A stretch of 63,906 bases of DNA, filler included, from Octopus bimaculoides (GCF_001194135.2; 6 parts of 5 records of this genome joined end to end with filler, not necessarily neighbours in it); one strand, 5' to 3'. Counted from the first letter of the whole stretch, positions 24,301 through 37,243 are shown. The notes: generated by a model not told the origin, from the letters alone. Translations and numbers: made by a program.

Positions 24301-24978
24301 CGTATCACCACTGCTTAAGTCTCTCTGAGAGATTTAGAAATGTATTATTTNNNNNNNNNNNNNNNNNNNNNNNNNNNNNNNNNNNNNNNNNNNNNNNNNN
24401 NNNNNNNNNNNNNNNNNNNNNNNNNNNNNNNNNNNNNNNNNNNNNNNNNNNNNNNNNNNNNNNNNNNNNNNNNNNNNNNNNNNNNNNNNNNNNNNNNNNN
24501 NNNNNNNNNNNNNNNNNNNNNNNNNNNNNNNNNNNNNNNNNNNNNNNNNNNNNNNNNNNNNNNNNNNNNNNNNNNNNNNNNNNNNNNNNNNNNNNNNNNN
24601 NNNNNNNNNNNNNNNNNNNNNNNNNNNNNNNNNNNNNNNNNNNNNNNNNNNNNNNNNNNNNNNNNNNNNNNNNNNNNNNNNNNNNNNNNNNNNNNNNNNN
24701 NNNNNNNNNNNNNNNNNNNNNNNNNNNNNNNNNNNNNNNNNNNNNNNNNNNNNNNNNNNNNNNNNNNNNNNNNNNNNNNNNNNNNNNNNNNNNNNNNNNN
24801 NNNNNNNNNNNNNNNNNNNNNNNNNNNNNNNNNNNNNNNNNNNNNNNNNNNNNNNNNNNNNNNNNNNNNNNNNNNNNNNNNNNNNNNNNNNNNNNNNNNN
24901 NNNNNNNNNNNNNNNNNNNNNNNNNNNNNNNNNNNNNNNNNNNNNNNNNNNNNNNNNNNNNNNNNNNNNNNNNNNNNN

Positions 24979-25020
<42 letters not shown>

Positions 25021-25094
25021 TATATTATACGTATTAACGATGCTTACACGTATATACCCATAAAGCTTGCATATACACGTAGACAGATGGACAG

Positions 25095-25135
<41 letters not shown>

Positions 25136-25454
25136 CACATAAGTCACATATTTAAACTCACACACGTCTCACACTGTCACATACTTATATAAACACACAC
25201 ACTCGTCTGGACACGTGCGGGCGTGCACACACACGCATGAGATGTTGCGTTGCGTCTATCCCAATATTCTTATACAAAGCCGTGAATATAAACAGATGTT
25301 GAAATATCGAACTGTCAGTCTCATCAATAATTTTTTGTAATTTGAACTGTTTTCCAGATAATTACGAGACATTAGTCATTTCCATAGACACTAGTTGTAC
25401 ACAAATTTATATCAAAATACTCAGAATATTTTATATATGAAATGTTTGTAGCTC

Positions 25455-25881
25455 AGGCGTGGCAACGTGGTAATAAGCTCTTTCCTCCAACCACATGGTC
25501 CCGGGTTCAGTCTCACTGCGTGGCACCTTGGGCACATGTCTTCTACTATAGCCTCGGGCCGACCAAAGCCTGGTGTGTGAGTTTGGTAGGCGGAAACTGA
25601 AAGAAGCCCGTCGTATATACATATGTATGTGCATATTTGTGTGTGTGTGTGTGTGTGTGTGTTTGTCCCCTCCCATCCATACCCCACCATTGCTTGACAA
25701 CCGATGCTGGTGTGTTTATTTCCCCGTAACTTAGCGGTTCAGTGAAACCGATAAAATAAGTACTAGGCTTGTAAAGAATAAGTCTTGGGGGGTCAACTAG
25801 TTCAACTAAAACTCCTTAACGGTGGTGCTCCAGCATGGCCGCGGTCAAATGATTAAAACAAGTAAACGAATAAAAGAATAA
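25455..25881 (+). mobile_element. SINE family B, full length
   Basis: Head, central cttgggcacatgtcttctactatagcc, (TG)n, and tail ccagcatggccgcggtcaaatgattaaaacaag. Confidence 0.9.
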
Positions 25882-26749
25882 AATGCATTTATTTTTTAAA
25901 ATCTNNNNNNNNNNNNNNNNNNNNNNNNNNNNNNNNNNNNNNNNNNNNNNNNNNNNNNNNNNNNNNNNNNNNNNNNNNNNNNNNNNNNNNNNNNNNNNNN
26001 NNNNNNNNNNNNNNNNNNNNNNNNNNNNNNNNNNNNNNNNNNNNNNNNNNNNNNNNNNNNNNNNNNNNNNNNNNNNNNNNNNNNNNNNNNNNNNNNNNNN
26101 NNNNNNNNNNNNNNNNNNNNNNNNNNNNNNNNNNNNNNNNNNNNNNNNNNNNNNNNNNNNNNNNNNNNNNNNNNNNNNNNNNNNNNNNNNNNNNNNNNNN
26201 NNNNNNNNNNNNNNNNNNNNNNNNNNNNNNNNNNNNNNNNNNNNNNNNNNNNNNNNNNNNNNNNNNNNNNNNNNNNNNNNNNNNNNNNNNNNNNNNNNNN
26301 NNNNNNNNNNNNNNNNNNNNNNNNNNNNNNNNNNNNNNNNNNNNNNNNNNNNNNNNNNNNNNNNNNNNNNNNNNNNNNNNNNNNNNNNNNNNNNNNNNNN
26401 NNNNNNNNNNNNNNNNNNNNNNNNNNNNNNNNNNNNNNNNNNNNNNNNNNNNNNNNNNNNNNNNNNNNNNNNNNNNNNNNNNNNNNNNNNNNNNNNNNNN
26501 NNNNNNNNNNNNNNNNNNNNNNNNNNNNNNNNNNNNNNNNNNNNNNNNNNNNNNNNNNNNNNNNNNNNNNNNNNNNNNNNNNNNNNNNNNNNNNNNNNNN
26601 NNNNNNNNNNNNNNNNNNNNNNNNNNNNNNNNNNNNNNNNNNNNNNNNNNNNNNNNNNNNNNNNNNNNNNNNNNNNNNNNNNNNNNNNNNNNNNNNNNNN
26701 NNNNNNNNNNNNNNNNNNNNNNNNNNNNNNNNNNNNNNNNNNNNNNNNN

Positions 26750-26792
<43 letters not shown>

Positions 26793-27019
26793 GTATGTAG
26801 GTATGTATGTATGTATGTATGTATATATGTATGTATGTATGTATATGTCTTATTACCTGGATATGCATGCGTGGTTTGTTTGAATCACGAGTACGTGTCT
26901 GCATGTGTGTCTGTAATATACATGGACACACGCATACTTGATTGCAGGTGAGGAATTGTGTACGTGTATGCTTGTGTGCTATTGTGTGTGTGTGTATGTG
27001 ACCGTGTATTACTTTCCAC

Positions 27020-27076
<57 letters not shown>

Positions 27077-28040
27077 NNNNNNNNNNNNNNNNNNNNNNNN
27101 NNNNNNNNNNNNNNNNNNNNNNNNNNNNNNNNNNNNNNNNNNNNNNNNNNNNNNNNNNNNNNNNNNNNNNNNNNNNNNNNNNNNNNNNNNNNNNNNNNNN
27201 NNNNNNNNNNNNNNNNNNNNNNNNNNNNNNNNNNNNNNNNNNNNNNNNNNNNNNNNNNNNNNNNNNNNNNNNNNNNNNNNNNNNNNNNNNNNNNNNNNNN
27301 NNNNNNNNNNNNNNNNNNNNNNNNNNNNNNNNNNNNNNNNNNNNNNNNNNNNNNNNNNNNNNNNNNNNNNNNNNNNNNNNNNNNNNNNNNNNNNNNNNNN
27401 NNNNNNNNNNNNNNNNNNNNNNNNNNNNNNNNNNNNNNNNNNNNNNNNNNNNNNNNNNNNNNNNNNNNNNNNNNNNNNNNNNNNNNNNNNNNNNNNNNNN
27501 NNNNNNNNNNNNNNNNNNNNNNNNNNNNNNNNNNNNNNNNNNNNNNNNNNNNNNNNNNNNNNNNNNNNNNNNNNNNNNNNNNNNNNNNNNNNNNNNNNNN
27601 NNNNNNNNNNNNNNNNNNNNNNNNNNNNNNNNNNNNNNNNNNNNNNNNNNNNNNNNNNNNNNNNNNNNNNNNNNNNNNNNNNNNNNNNNNNNNNNNNNNN
27701 NNNNNNNNNNNNNNNNNNNNNNNNNNNNNNNNNNNNNNNNNNNNNNNNNNNNNNNNNNNNNNNNNNNNNNNNNNNNNNNNNNNNNNNNNNNNNNNNNNNN
27801 NNNNNNNNNNNNNNNNNNNNNNNNNNNNNNNNNNNNNNNNNNNNNNNNNNNNNNNNNNNNNNNNNNNNNNNNNNNNNNNNNNNNNNNNNNNNNNNNNNNN
27901 NNNNNNNNNNNNNNNNNNNNNNNNNNNNNNNNNNNNNNNNNNNNNNNNNNNNNNNNNNNNNNNNNNNNNNNNNNNNNNNNNNNNNNNNNNNNNNNNNNNN
28001 NNNNNNNNNNNNNNNNNNNNNNNNNNNNNNNNNNNNNNNN

Positions 28041-28675
28041 GTAGTAGTAGTAGTAGTGGTGGTTGCAATAGTGGTAGGGGTGGTTGTAGTAGTAGTAGTG
28101 GTGGTGGTAGCGGTGGTGGTAGAGGTGGTGGTGGAGGTGGAGGTGGAGGTGGTGGTGGTGGTAGTATGGTGGTCGTTATGGTGATAGCAATAGTGGTAAG
28201 GGTGGTTGTAGTAGTAGCAGTAGTGTTGATGATGGTAGTGGTAGGGGTGGTTGTACTTCTAGCAGTGGTAGTAGTTGTAGCAGCACCAGCAACAGCAGAA
28301 GCAGCAGCAGCGATAGGGTGAATAATATAGTAGAGGTAGTGGTGGCGTTGTAGTTGTGGTGCAGGAGGTGGTTGTGGTGTTAATGGTGGTTGTGGTGTTG
28401 GTGGTAGTTGTGGTGTTGGCTGTGGTTATAGTGTTAATGGTGGTTGTGGTGTTGGATGTGTTGATGGTGGTAGTGGTGGCGGTTGTGGTATGGTGGTGTT
28501 GTTAGTGGTGCTGTTGTTGTTCATGGTTTCGTGGATGTGTGGTGGTCGTTGAAGTGCTACTGGTGAGTGTGATGGTAGTGTTCGTAGTTGTGGTGGTGGT
28601 GGTGGTGGTATGGTGGTGGATGACGAAATGGTAGTAACGGTGACTGTCATTGTTGCTGTTGTTGGACGTGGTTAC

Positions 28676-28737
<62 letters not shown>

Positions 28738-29400
28738 GGTGTTGCTGGTGGTGGTAGTGGTGGTGGTAGTGGTGGTGGTACTGATGGTGGTAGTGGTGGT
28801 GGTGGTGGTGGTGNNNNNNNNNNNNNNNNNNNNNNNNNNNNNNNNNNNNNNNNNNNNNNNNNNNNNNNNNNNNNNNNNNNNNNNNNNNNNNNNNNNNNNN
28901 NNNNNNNNNNNNNNNNNNNNNNNNNNNNNNNNNNNNNNNNNNNNNNNNNNNNNNNNNNNNNNNNNNNNNNNNNNNNNNNNNNNNNNNNNNNNNNNNNNNN
29001 NNNNNNNNNNNNNNNNNNNNNNNNNNNNNNNNNNNNNNNNNNNNNNNNNNNNNNNNNNNNNNNNNNNNNNNNNNNNNNNNNNNNNNNNNNNNNNNNNNNN
29101 NNNNNNNNNNNNNNNNNNNNNNNNNNNNNNNNNNNNNNNNNNNNNNNNNNNNNNNNNNNNNNNNNNNNNNNNNNNNNNNNNNNNNNNNNNNNNNNNNNNN
29201 NNNNNGTTAATGGTGGTTGTGGTGTTGGATGTGTTGATGGTGGTAGTGGTGGCGGTTGTGGTATGGTGGTGTTGTTAGTGGTGCTGTTGTTGTTCATGGT
29301 TTCGTGGATGTGTGGTGGTCGTTGAAGTGCTACTGGTGAGTGTGATGGTAGTGTTCGTAGTTGTGGTGGTGGTGGTGGTGGTAACGATGATGTTAGTAAT
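28041..29400. repeat. Compound (GGT/AGT/TGT)n low-complexity block spanning a gap
   Basis: Trinucleotide runs; 28433-28610 is repeated exactly at 29206-29383. Confidence 0.9.
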
Positions 29401-29447
29401 TGTGCAAGTATAATGGTAGTTGAAATAGAAATGTTAGTGAGATGCTA

Positions 29448-29932
29448 CGAAGGTGAGCTGAAAAGTTCATAGGTCGACTATGAAGGAGTGATGCTAGAGC
29501 TGTGAAATCTTGCATGCGTTAATTTCAACTGACGAATGAGGGGGGGGGGGAGTCTTGTTTCACCAGGACAATGCCCCATCACACAAGTCCTTGGTTTCAA
29601 TGGCTGCTGTGCGTGACTGTGATCTTGAACTTGTTGATCAGCCCCTCTGATCTCCTGATTTGGTCCCATCTCACTATCATTTGTTTCCTAACATGAAACA
29701 CAAAAAACCCCCCAAAAACCCCACTTGATTGGGAAACAGTATCGTAGTGATGATGACGTCATATCTGCTGTTGATGACTTTTTTGACCAACAGGATGAAG
29801 GCTTCATCACCAATCGAATTCAAGGCACCGCACAAGAAGTGAGTGGACTGCATGGAGAATTATGATGAAAAATGAAGCTCATTCTATGAAAGAGTATCTT
29901 GATCAGCCTATGAACTTCTCAGCCGATTCTCG
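29448..29932 (+). mobile_element. Mariner deletion derivative
   Basis: TIRs cgaaggtgagctgaaaagttcatagg / cctatgaacttctcagccgattctcg with TA flanks. The internal remnant reads VLFHQDNAPSHKS..SPDLVPSHYHLFPNMK..KQYRSDDDVISAV (C-terminal DD34D region). Confidence 0.9.
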
Positions 29933-30189
29933 TAGTTGCGGTGCTAATGATAGAGAAGAGTTATGATAATGGTAGTTGTGGTGAGTGTAATGGTCTTAAT
30001 CCAGTTTGGGATTTGGACAGAAGGTAAGTGAGATAGCGATTTAACGATTAACGTTTCTAGAATCTTTGAAGACGGACGTAGAAAGGATAAGGAGTCTATG
30101 AAGTTACTTGACTCGGACTTTTGCAGAGATTCATAACTGTTATACATAAGTTTGCCTAGCTTACAGATTTGGGGATTTTGACTGCCTTG

Positions 30190-30480
30190 GTGCGAGTAGT
30201 TCCACTCGGTTTGGTGGCTTGTGTGCCTCAATGACCCTGAGAGCAAATGCCAGCGGAGCGAAAGCCCCTGGTAGACTGACCAAAGTATAAAGGTCGGACT
30301 AATATGGGTCACCTCTTTCCAGAAGTAAAAATAGGTTTGCACAGGGCCAATACCAATATCAATAAAAATTAAAATAGTGAAGTTACAGAAGCATCGATGA
30401 TAATTCAGAACTAACATGACCAAGGAGAGGTCAATAGCCTATGAACCACAGGGAGCAAAGAGCTTCAGTAAGGAAGTAAA
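30190..30480 (+). mobile_element. Probable RTE-type LINE 5' UTR fragment
   Basis: gtgtgcctcaatgaccctgagagc...ccctggtag...cacagggccaatacc...gttacagaagcatc resembles 5' UTRs of RTE-clade LINEs as I recall them; not verified. Confidence 0.4.
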
Positions 30481-30607
30481 ACGAAAGTGAAAGTAGATGT
30501 ACATATTAGAGTAGTAATACAACAATTGATATTACTTATATTGGATTTAAAAGTTACTTCTTAGTTGTACTGCTGGGTTAATTTTGAAAAATCTTGCCTC
30601 TCATAAT

Positions 30608-30818
30608 CCTTTCTACTATGGGCACACAGCCTGAAATTTAAGGGAAAGGGATAGTCAATGACATCGACCCCAGTAACTGGTATTACTTATTTTATCGACC
30701 CCGAAAGGATAAAAAACAAAGTCGACCTCGGTGGAACTTGAACTCAGAAAGTGAAGACGGATGAAGTACCGCTAAGCATTTCGCCCGGTGAGCTAACGAT
30801 TCTGCCAGCTCGCCGCCC
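30608..30818 (-). mobile_element. SINE family A with 17-bp TSD
   Basis: atcttgcctctcataat at 30591-30607 and 30822-30838. Confidence 0.93.
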
Positions 30819-30855
30819 TATATCTTGCCTCTCATAATACAGAAACATTTCTCAT

Positions 30856-31086
30856 GGCAGCGAGCTGGCAGAAACGTTAGCGCCCCAGGCGAAATGCTTA
30901 GCAGTATTTCGTCTGCCGTTATGCTCTGAGTTCAAATTCCGCCATGGTCAACTTTGCCTTTCATCCTTTCGGGGTCGATTAAATAAGCACCAGTTACTCC
31001 CTGGGGTCGATCTAATCGACTTAATCCCTTTGTCTGTCCTTGTTTGTCCCCTCTACGTTTAGCCCCTTGTGGGCAATAAAGAAATA
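30856..31086 (+). mobile_element. SINE family A with ~18-bp TSD
   Basis: agaaacatttctcatggc at 30841-30858 and 31087-31104. Confidence 0.93.
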
Positions 31087-31548
31087 AGAAACATTTCTCA
31101 TGGCTCCAACAAACGAAATGAAACTGGCGTTGCCCTGGAGGATGGCAGGGAGATGTTAGAATAGTAATTCCTTCAGATTCTTGGCGTTCTAAATTTATGC
31201 TTGTAATTTTGTAAGGTTCTGGGGCTGTTGTGACTTTAGATTTCCATTACAGCTTTTTGAGAAATATGATGGAAACAAGGATCAAATTTATGGCTTTCGT
31301 CGATAGTCCGCATTTTTCGTTTTGTGTTCCCGTCTTCCTTGTGTTGTTTTTTGGTGGCCGACTTTTGAAAAATGTCTGATAAGGGATTTTGTTCGGTGTT
31401 GCTACGTAGATATGTTATGCGATGTTGTTAGAGTAATACAGGATGCGATGTTATCGCCATTGTTTTGTTGGTGATGTTAATTAACCCATATAGCGTTTAA
31501 CTGTTAGTTCTGTAGTTTATGCTAGATAATAATGATTGCTATTTTACT

Positions 31549-31586
31549 CATTATTATTATCATTATTATTATTATTATTATTATTA

Positions 31587-31668
<82 letters not shown>

Positions 31669-31722
31669 TATTATTATTATTACCATTATCATTATTATTA
31701 TTATTATCATCATTATTATTAC

Positions 31723-31760
<38 letters not shown>

Positions 31761-31816
31761 GTATTATTGAGAGGGCAGTGCATGCCATCATCATCATCAC
31801 TATCATCATCATCATC

Positions 31817-31872
<56 letters not shown>

Positions 31873-31885
31873 GTTATTATTATTG
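31549..31885. repeat. (ATT/ATC)n microsatellite
   Basis: Seen directly. Confidence 0.97.
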
Positions 31886-32364
31886 CTAGTGTTGATGTTT
31901 CCTTATTTAGTTGTTTGATGCTGAAATTTATTTCAGTTTTGTTTGATGTTTGTGTATTGTGTTTGAGATTTCCAATTTTTTATTAGGTTAGCTATTTCTG
32001 GGTGTGTAATTGGGGTTGTATACGTTTGTGATGTCTTGTGGGATACGGTTTTTTGGGTGCATCTATGATTATTTTGCTGAACGTAAGTGTTGCATTGTTT
32101 AAGGTGGTGATAGGTTGGGTTGAATTCATAATAAATAAATAAATAAATAAATAAATAAATATAAAAATATTGAAATAAATATAATTTTTGTTTCTAAGCA
32201 GAACTCGTTTCATTGTGTTTTTTTGTTCTTTTTTTGAAGATTTTAAAGTTTATGAAAATAGTTTCGCTTTCTTTTTTGATATTTGATTGAACTGAGGATG
32301 ATATTTTGTAGATGATTCTGAGGAAAGTAAGGGATTAAGTATGTTTTTATATTGATTTCAAATT

Positions 32365-32505
32365 TTTGGCACAAGGTCAGCAATTTCATCGACCCCACTG
32401 TTCAACTGGTACTTATTTTATTGGCCCCGAAAGGGATGAAAGGCAAAGGTGACTTCGCCGGAATTTTGTCCGGCGTGCTAACGATTGTCGCAGCTCATCG
32501 CCTTA
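32365..32505 (-). mobile_element. SINE family A, decayed
   Basis: gaccccactgttcaactggtacttattt...gatgaaaggcaaagg...gctaacgattgtcgcagctcatcgcc. Confidence 0.7.
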
Positions 32506-33394
32506 ATGTATGATTTTATATTAATGCGCTTTGTACTCCGGGCTTTTGTTTTGGTAGCCTGTATTTATATTGCAATGTCACCTATCCTATTATGGAAGTT
32601 ATTTGTGAAAGTTATATGGTATATGCAAATTTTTTATGTAAATGTGTAAAGATCTGTCTAAGCTAATCTGAATATGATTTAAAATAGTGGCTGTTCTGCG
32701 TTGAAGTAGAAAGAATATTTCTGTATTACTACCATGTGAATGTGGTGTGTAATAAAAGTTCCATAAAAGTGATCTTGATGCCGTTGAGGTTATAGTGTAG
32801 AATTTGGAAATTTTACGTGTCAGGTTTCAAGTTTATCTCATTAAATATTTTTAAAGTGGTCTATGAAGTTTGAAAAGGGCTTAATGTTAGCATTTTTGTG
32901 GTTATCATTGCTGCTGTCATGGTTTTTTTCTTTTCTAAAACCGTATATTTTTTCTAGGGTATTTCTAAATGATGTTAGTTGGGAATAAACGGCAAGAAAC
33001 AATTACAGACAAAAACCTCTTGCATCACAAGTTTACTTTGTGTCTACTGAGACAACCAAGGCCTATAGGCCTTCATTAAAAAAAAAGAACAAAGAGGAAG
33101 CCTCATCGTGGTCGCTAGAGCTGCAAGAAATAGCAACCAAAGCTCCCTTAAACCAGTCCCTGTTGCCTTAGAAAAGGACACTTCGAAGAATGTAGTCCTC
33201 AGATCACCTGTAGAAAGGACAAAAGACAGGATGGTCACAGCTCGAATGCCTTTGTTCTTAGGTCTATTCGACCAGGTGCTAAGCAGACACAACCACCACC
33301 ACTGTCACCAAAACCACAACAACAACAGCATCAACCACTGGTTGCACTGACGAACCGAATTAGTTATAATTAATTGTTCTCCAATCCTGAGTGT

Positions 33395-33637
33395 CCCCGA
33401 CGTAAACACACCAACTCAGGTTGTCAAGGAGTGGTGTGGGACAAGCACAGACGAAACACACATACACACACATACACACACATACATATATAAGTATATC
33501 TGTACCAAATCCACTCACAAGGCTTTGGTCGGTCTGAGGCTATAGGAGGGGGCACTTGCCCAAGGTGCCACGCAATGAAATGAACCCGGAGCCATGTGGT
33601 TGTGAAGCAAAGTTCTTACTACACAGCCATGCCTGCA
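33395..33637 (-). mobile_element. SINE family B
   Basis: ccaaatccactcacaaggctttggtcgg...cacttgcccaaggtgccacgca...ctacacagccatgcctgc. Confidence 0.85.
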
Positions 33638-35525
33638 GCTAGAGTAAAAAGTACCCAAAGATTGAAACAAACAGGATGGACACGGCCAGAATATCCTTTA
33701 ATCGTAAGTCTGCGCAAACGGGACTGACCTGTGGTTGAACACTACCACTACTACCACCCCACCACCAGCACCACCACCAACAACAATAACAGTAACCACA
33801 GCCGAATATCAATTCAACCATTCAACCATTCAACCGTTCAACCATTCAGATATCAACTCCACCATCAATCTGGTGTATTCAGTTAACAACAGAGTCGATC
33901 GTTTCGTTAGGCTCCCCTCTCCCATCCTTCACGCTTTCAGTAAACCACCCTCAACAAATACCACCACCCAAAACTAGCCGACCAAGCAGCCAGACAGCCG
34001 GACGGCCAGCCAACGCATCCATCACATCTCCACCACCACAAACACCACTCACACCACTAACACCACCATATCAGCAACAACAACAACAACAAAAGCAATA
34101 ACAAGGGAAAAAAATGAAGCAGTAATAATATGATAGCAACAAGAAAATAAATAAATGAATAACAATGATATAATCAATCAGTGCATTTATATTATTATTA
34201 CAAACACAGAGAAAAACACCTGAGCAGCTGTTTGGAAATGAATCTTGCCAGGGAAACAGAAACTAATTGTCNNNNNNNNNNNNNNNNNNNNNNNNNNNNN
34301 NNNNNNNNNNNNNNNNNNNNNNNNNNNNNNNNNNNNNNNNNNNNNNNNNNNNNNNNNNNNNNNNNNNNNNNNNNNNNNNNNNNNNNNNNNNNNNNNNNNN
34401 NNNNNNNNNNNNNNNNNNNNNNNNNNNNNNNNNNNNNNNNNNNNNNNNNNNNNNNNNNNNNNNNNNNNNNNNNNNNNNNNNNNNNNNNNNNNNNNNNNNN
34501 NNNNNNNNNNNNNNNNNNNNNNNNNNNATGGGAGTGGTGGTGGTATGGGAGTGGTGGTGGTATGGGAGTGGTGGTGGTATGAGGGTGGTGGTAGTGGTGG
34601 TGATGGTATGGGAGTCGTGGTGGTGGTGGTTGTGGTGGTGGTTGTGGTGGTGGTGTTGGTAGAGCGGTGGTGGAAACGGTAGTGTTGTGGTAGTGGTGTT
34701 TGGTGGTGATGTTTGTGATAGTTGTTATTGGGGAAAGTTGTGGTTGTTTGGTAGTAGTAGTGGCAGCAGCAGCAGTGGTGGTAGTCCTCGTCGTTTGTGA
34801 CAATGATAGATGCAGGTAGAAGTAATGTGGTGAAGATGATAGCCCTGGTGGTGTTGTGGCTGCGGCGATAGTAGTAGTGGTGTTGGTGGTGTTGGTGGTG
34901 CTGATGGTGGTATTGGCAGTAGTGTTTCGGTAGAGATGATCATGGTGGTGAGTGTAGATTAGACGTGCTTGTCGGTCAGAAAGAGGTGGTGGCGTTGGAG
35001 CTATTGGTAACAAATGGTAACTGGTGACTGATTGACTGCTGGAAAGTGAATGATGACTGGAAGTAGTAGGAAGGCGCTGATGGCGACGAGGACGGTAGTG
35101 GTTAGACTGTCTTTCTTTTGTCTTTAGTTTGATTGCAACCACAACCTGATATTCTGCTTAATTATTGTTCTTATTTATTATTATTATTATTATTAGTAGT
35201 AGTAGTAGTATTGTTGTTGTTGTTGTTGTTGTTATTATACTTTCCAACCCCACCGTACTCTACTCCGCCATCCACCGCAATGCTGTTGCACCTCACCCAT
35301 CGCAATACCATTACCACCGCCAAATACCACCACCACCAAACCCCACAGTCACAATAGCTGTTACGTATTCAGTGCGTTTACCATAAATTTGTTTCTGTTG
35401 TCTTCTGTGCAATGTTATGTATTACCTTTGTGTGCATACGTGTATATGTGTTTGTGCGGGCGTCCTTTATATACATTTATGTGTAGGTATTCGCATGTGT
35501 AAGTGTTTCTGTATGTATGTGTGTA

Positions 35526-35559
<34 letters not shown>

Positions 35560-35889
35560 CGCATTTGTGTGTTTGTGTGTGTGTGCGTGTGTGTGTTACT
35601 CTTTCTTTACCTTTTGTTATTTTTCACCTCCTATCATCCACCCCACCAGGCATCAAGCTCTTATTGCCATACAATTGCCGCTGCGTATGTTCATTGTTTT
35701 AGTGAGGTTTTATTTAACACCCTTACCTATGTATGTATGTATGTATGTATGTATGTATGTATGTATGTATATGTGTGTGTGTGTGTACGTGTTTGGATGC
35801 ATGTGCAAGTGTGCCAGAGTGTTTTTGTCTGTGCAGTTATTATATAGGTGTGTGTGTATTTGTGTACTTGCGTCTGCGTGACATTTTTT

Positions 35890-35922
<33 letters not shown>

Positions 35923-36023
35923 NNNNNNNNNNNNNNNNNNNNNNNNNNNNNNNNNNNNNNNNNNNNTTAATTAATTAANNNNNNNNNNNNNNNNNNNNNN
36001 NNNNNNNNNNNNNNNNNNNNNNA

Positions 36024-36067
<44 letters not shown>

Positions 36068-36536
36068 TAGGCATATATATATATATGCATATGAGCCTAT
36101 ATATTAGATGCATACAGAAACTCATCTGTGTGCGTGTGTGTGTGTGTGTAGTTTTTACTGTTTTATGCCTCCCTATCCGCACAAATGCTTCACGTGATTC
36201 GGGTGTGCTTCGCACGGTCGCTTGGTCACTCCTAGCACATATATAGAGAGCAATGAGTTTGCCAAACACTGGAAAAGGAAACATGACCCGACATATGATC
36301 TCCTCATATGCTTCCGTATACAACCACATGAAACCACCTGTTTTTTGCGACAAGTCAACGAGCGAAGCTTGTCGCTAGAAATAGCAGCCAAATATCCATC
36401 AAAACACGTCTGTAGCATCAGAAAATTAAGAAAAGTGGCTTGCAACAATTAACGAGGAGTTATGCTCTCGATCGATTTCCAAGCAGTTGCAGCTTACTTT
36501 TCTTACGTATGCTTTTTACGTAAATGATCTAACTAA

Positions 36537-36710
36537 TAGGAGCGGGTCTGGCCCTGTGGTAAGAAACTTGTTTCGCAACCACTTGGTTCGGTGATCAGTC
36601 CCACTGCATAGCAAATTGGGCAAGTGTCTTCGACTTAGGCATCAGGCCGACGAAAGCATTGTGAGTGGATCTGGTTGAGGAAAAGTACTGAAAGAAGCCC
36701 ATCGTATATT
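36537..36710 (+). mobile_element. SINE family B, decayed 5' half
   Basis: ctgtggtaagaaacttgtttcgcaaccac...gggcaagtgtcttc...ctgaaagaagcccatcg. Confidence 0.75.
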
Positions 36711-36715
36711 CTTTT

Positions 36716-36930
36716 TTATTCTTTTACTTGTTTCAGTCATTTGACTGTGGCCATGCTGGAGCACTGCATTTAGTCCAACAAATCAACCCCAGAACTTATT
36801 CTTTGTAAGCCTAGTACTTATTCTATCGGTCTCTTTTGCTGAACAGCTAAGTTACGGGGACGTAAACACACCAGCATCGGTTGTCAGGCGATGGTGGGGG
36901 AACAAACACACACACACAAATACACACACA

Positions 36931-36996
<66 letters not shown>

Positions 36997-37157
36997 CGGT
37001 GGGCTTCTTTCAGTTTCCGTCTACCAAATCCACTCACAAGGCTTTGGTCGACCCGAGGCTATAGTAGAAGACACTTACCCAAGGTGCCACGCAGTGGGAC
37101 TGAACCTAGAACCATGTGGTTGGTAAGCAAGCTACTTACCACCCAACCACGCCTGCG
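36716..37157 (-). mobile_element. SINE family B, full length
   Basis: The reverse complement runs from aggcgcaggcgtggttgggtggtaagtagc through the tail gactgaaacaagtaaaag. Confidence 0.92.
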
Positions 37158-37243
37158 CCTATATGTATATATATATAATACACGTGGGCTGTTGGCGATT
37201 TATTCCTCCGTCTATATTTTACCTTGGATTTTCCTGTGTCTCC

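Larger units (their letters stand above)
29990..32850 (-). mobile_element. Highly decayed I/Jockey-group LINE, interrupted by SINEs and microsatellites
   Basis: RT-start-like NPQICKLGKL...PSSKILETLIVKSLSHLP at 29990-30190 and EN-start-like ILHYNLNGIK near 32790. Linking the pieces into one element is inference. Confidence 0.45.

Noticed and set aside
26857-26910. 54-nt candidate exon (THMQTRTRDSNKPRMHIQ)
   Set aside because: It has a weak pyrimidine tract, microsatellite-like composition and no homology.
28433-29383. Exact 178-bp duplication (28433-28610 and 29206-29383)
   Set aside because: It is 100% identical and the second copy starts exactly at a gap edge; most likely an unmerged contig overlap.
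33108-33350. Protein-like + strand ORF
   Set aside because: It coincides with dispersed repeat family E, which recurs elsewhere in the window.
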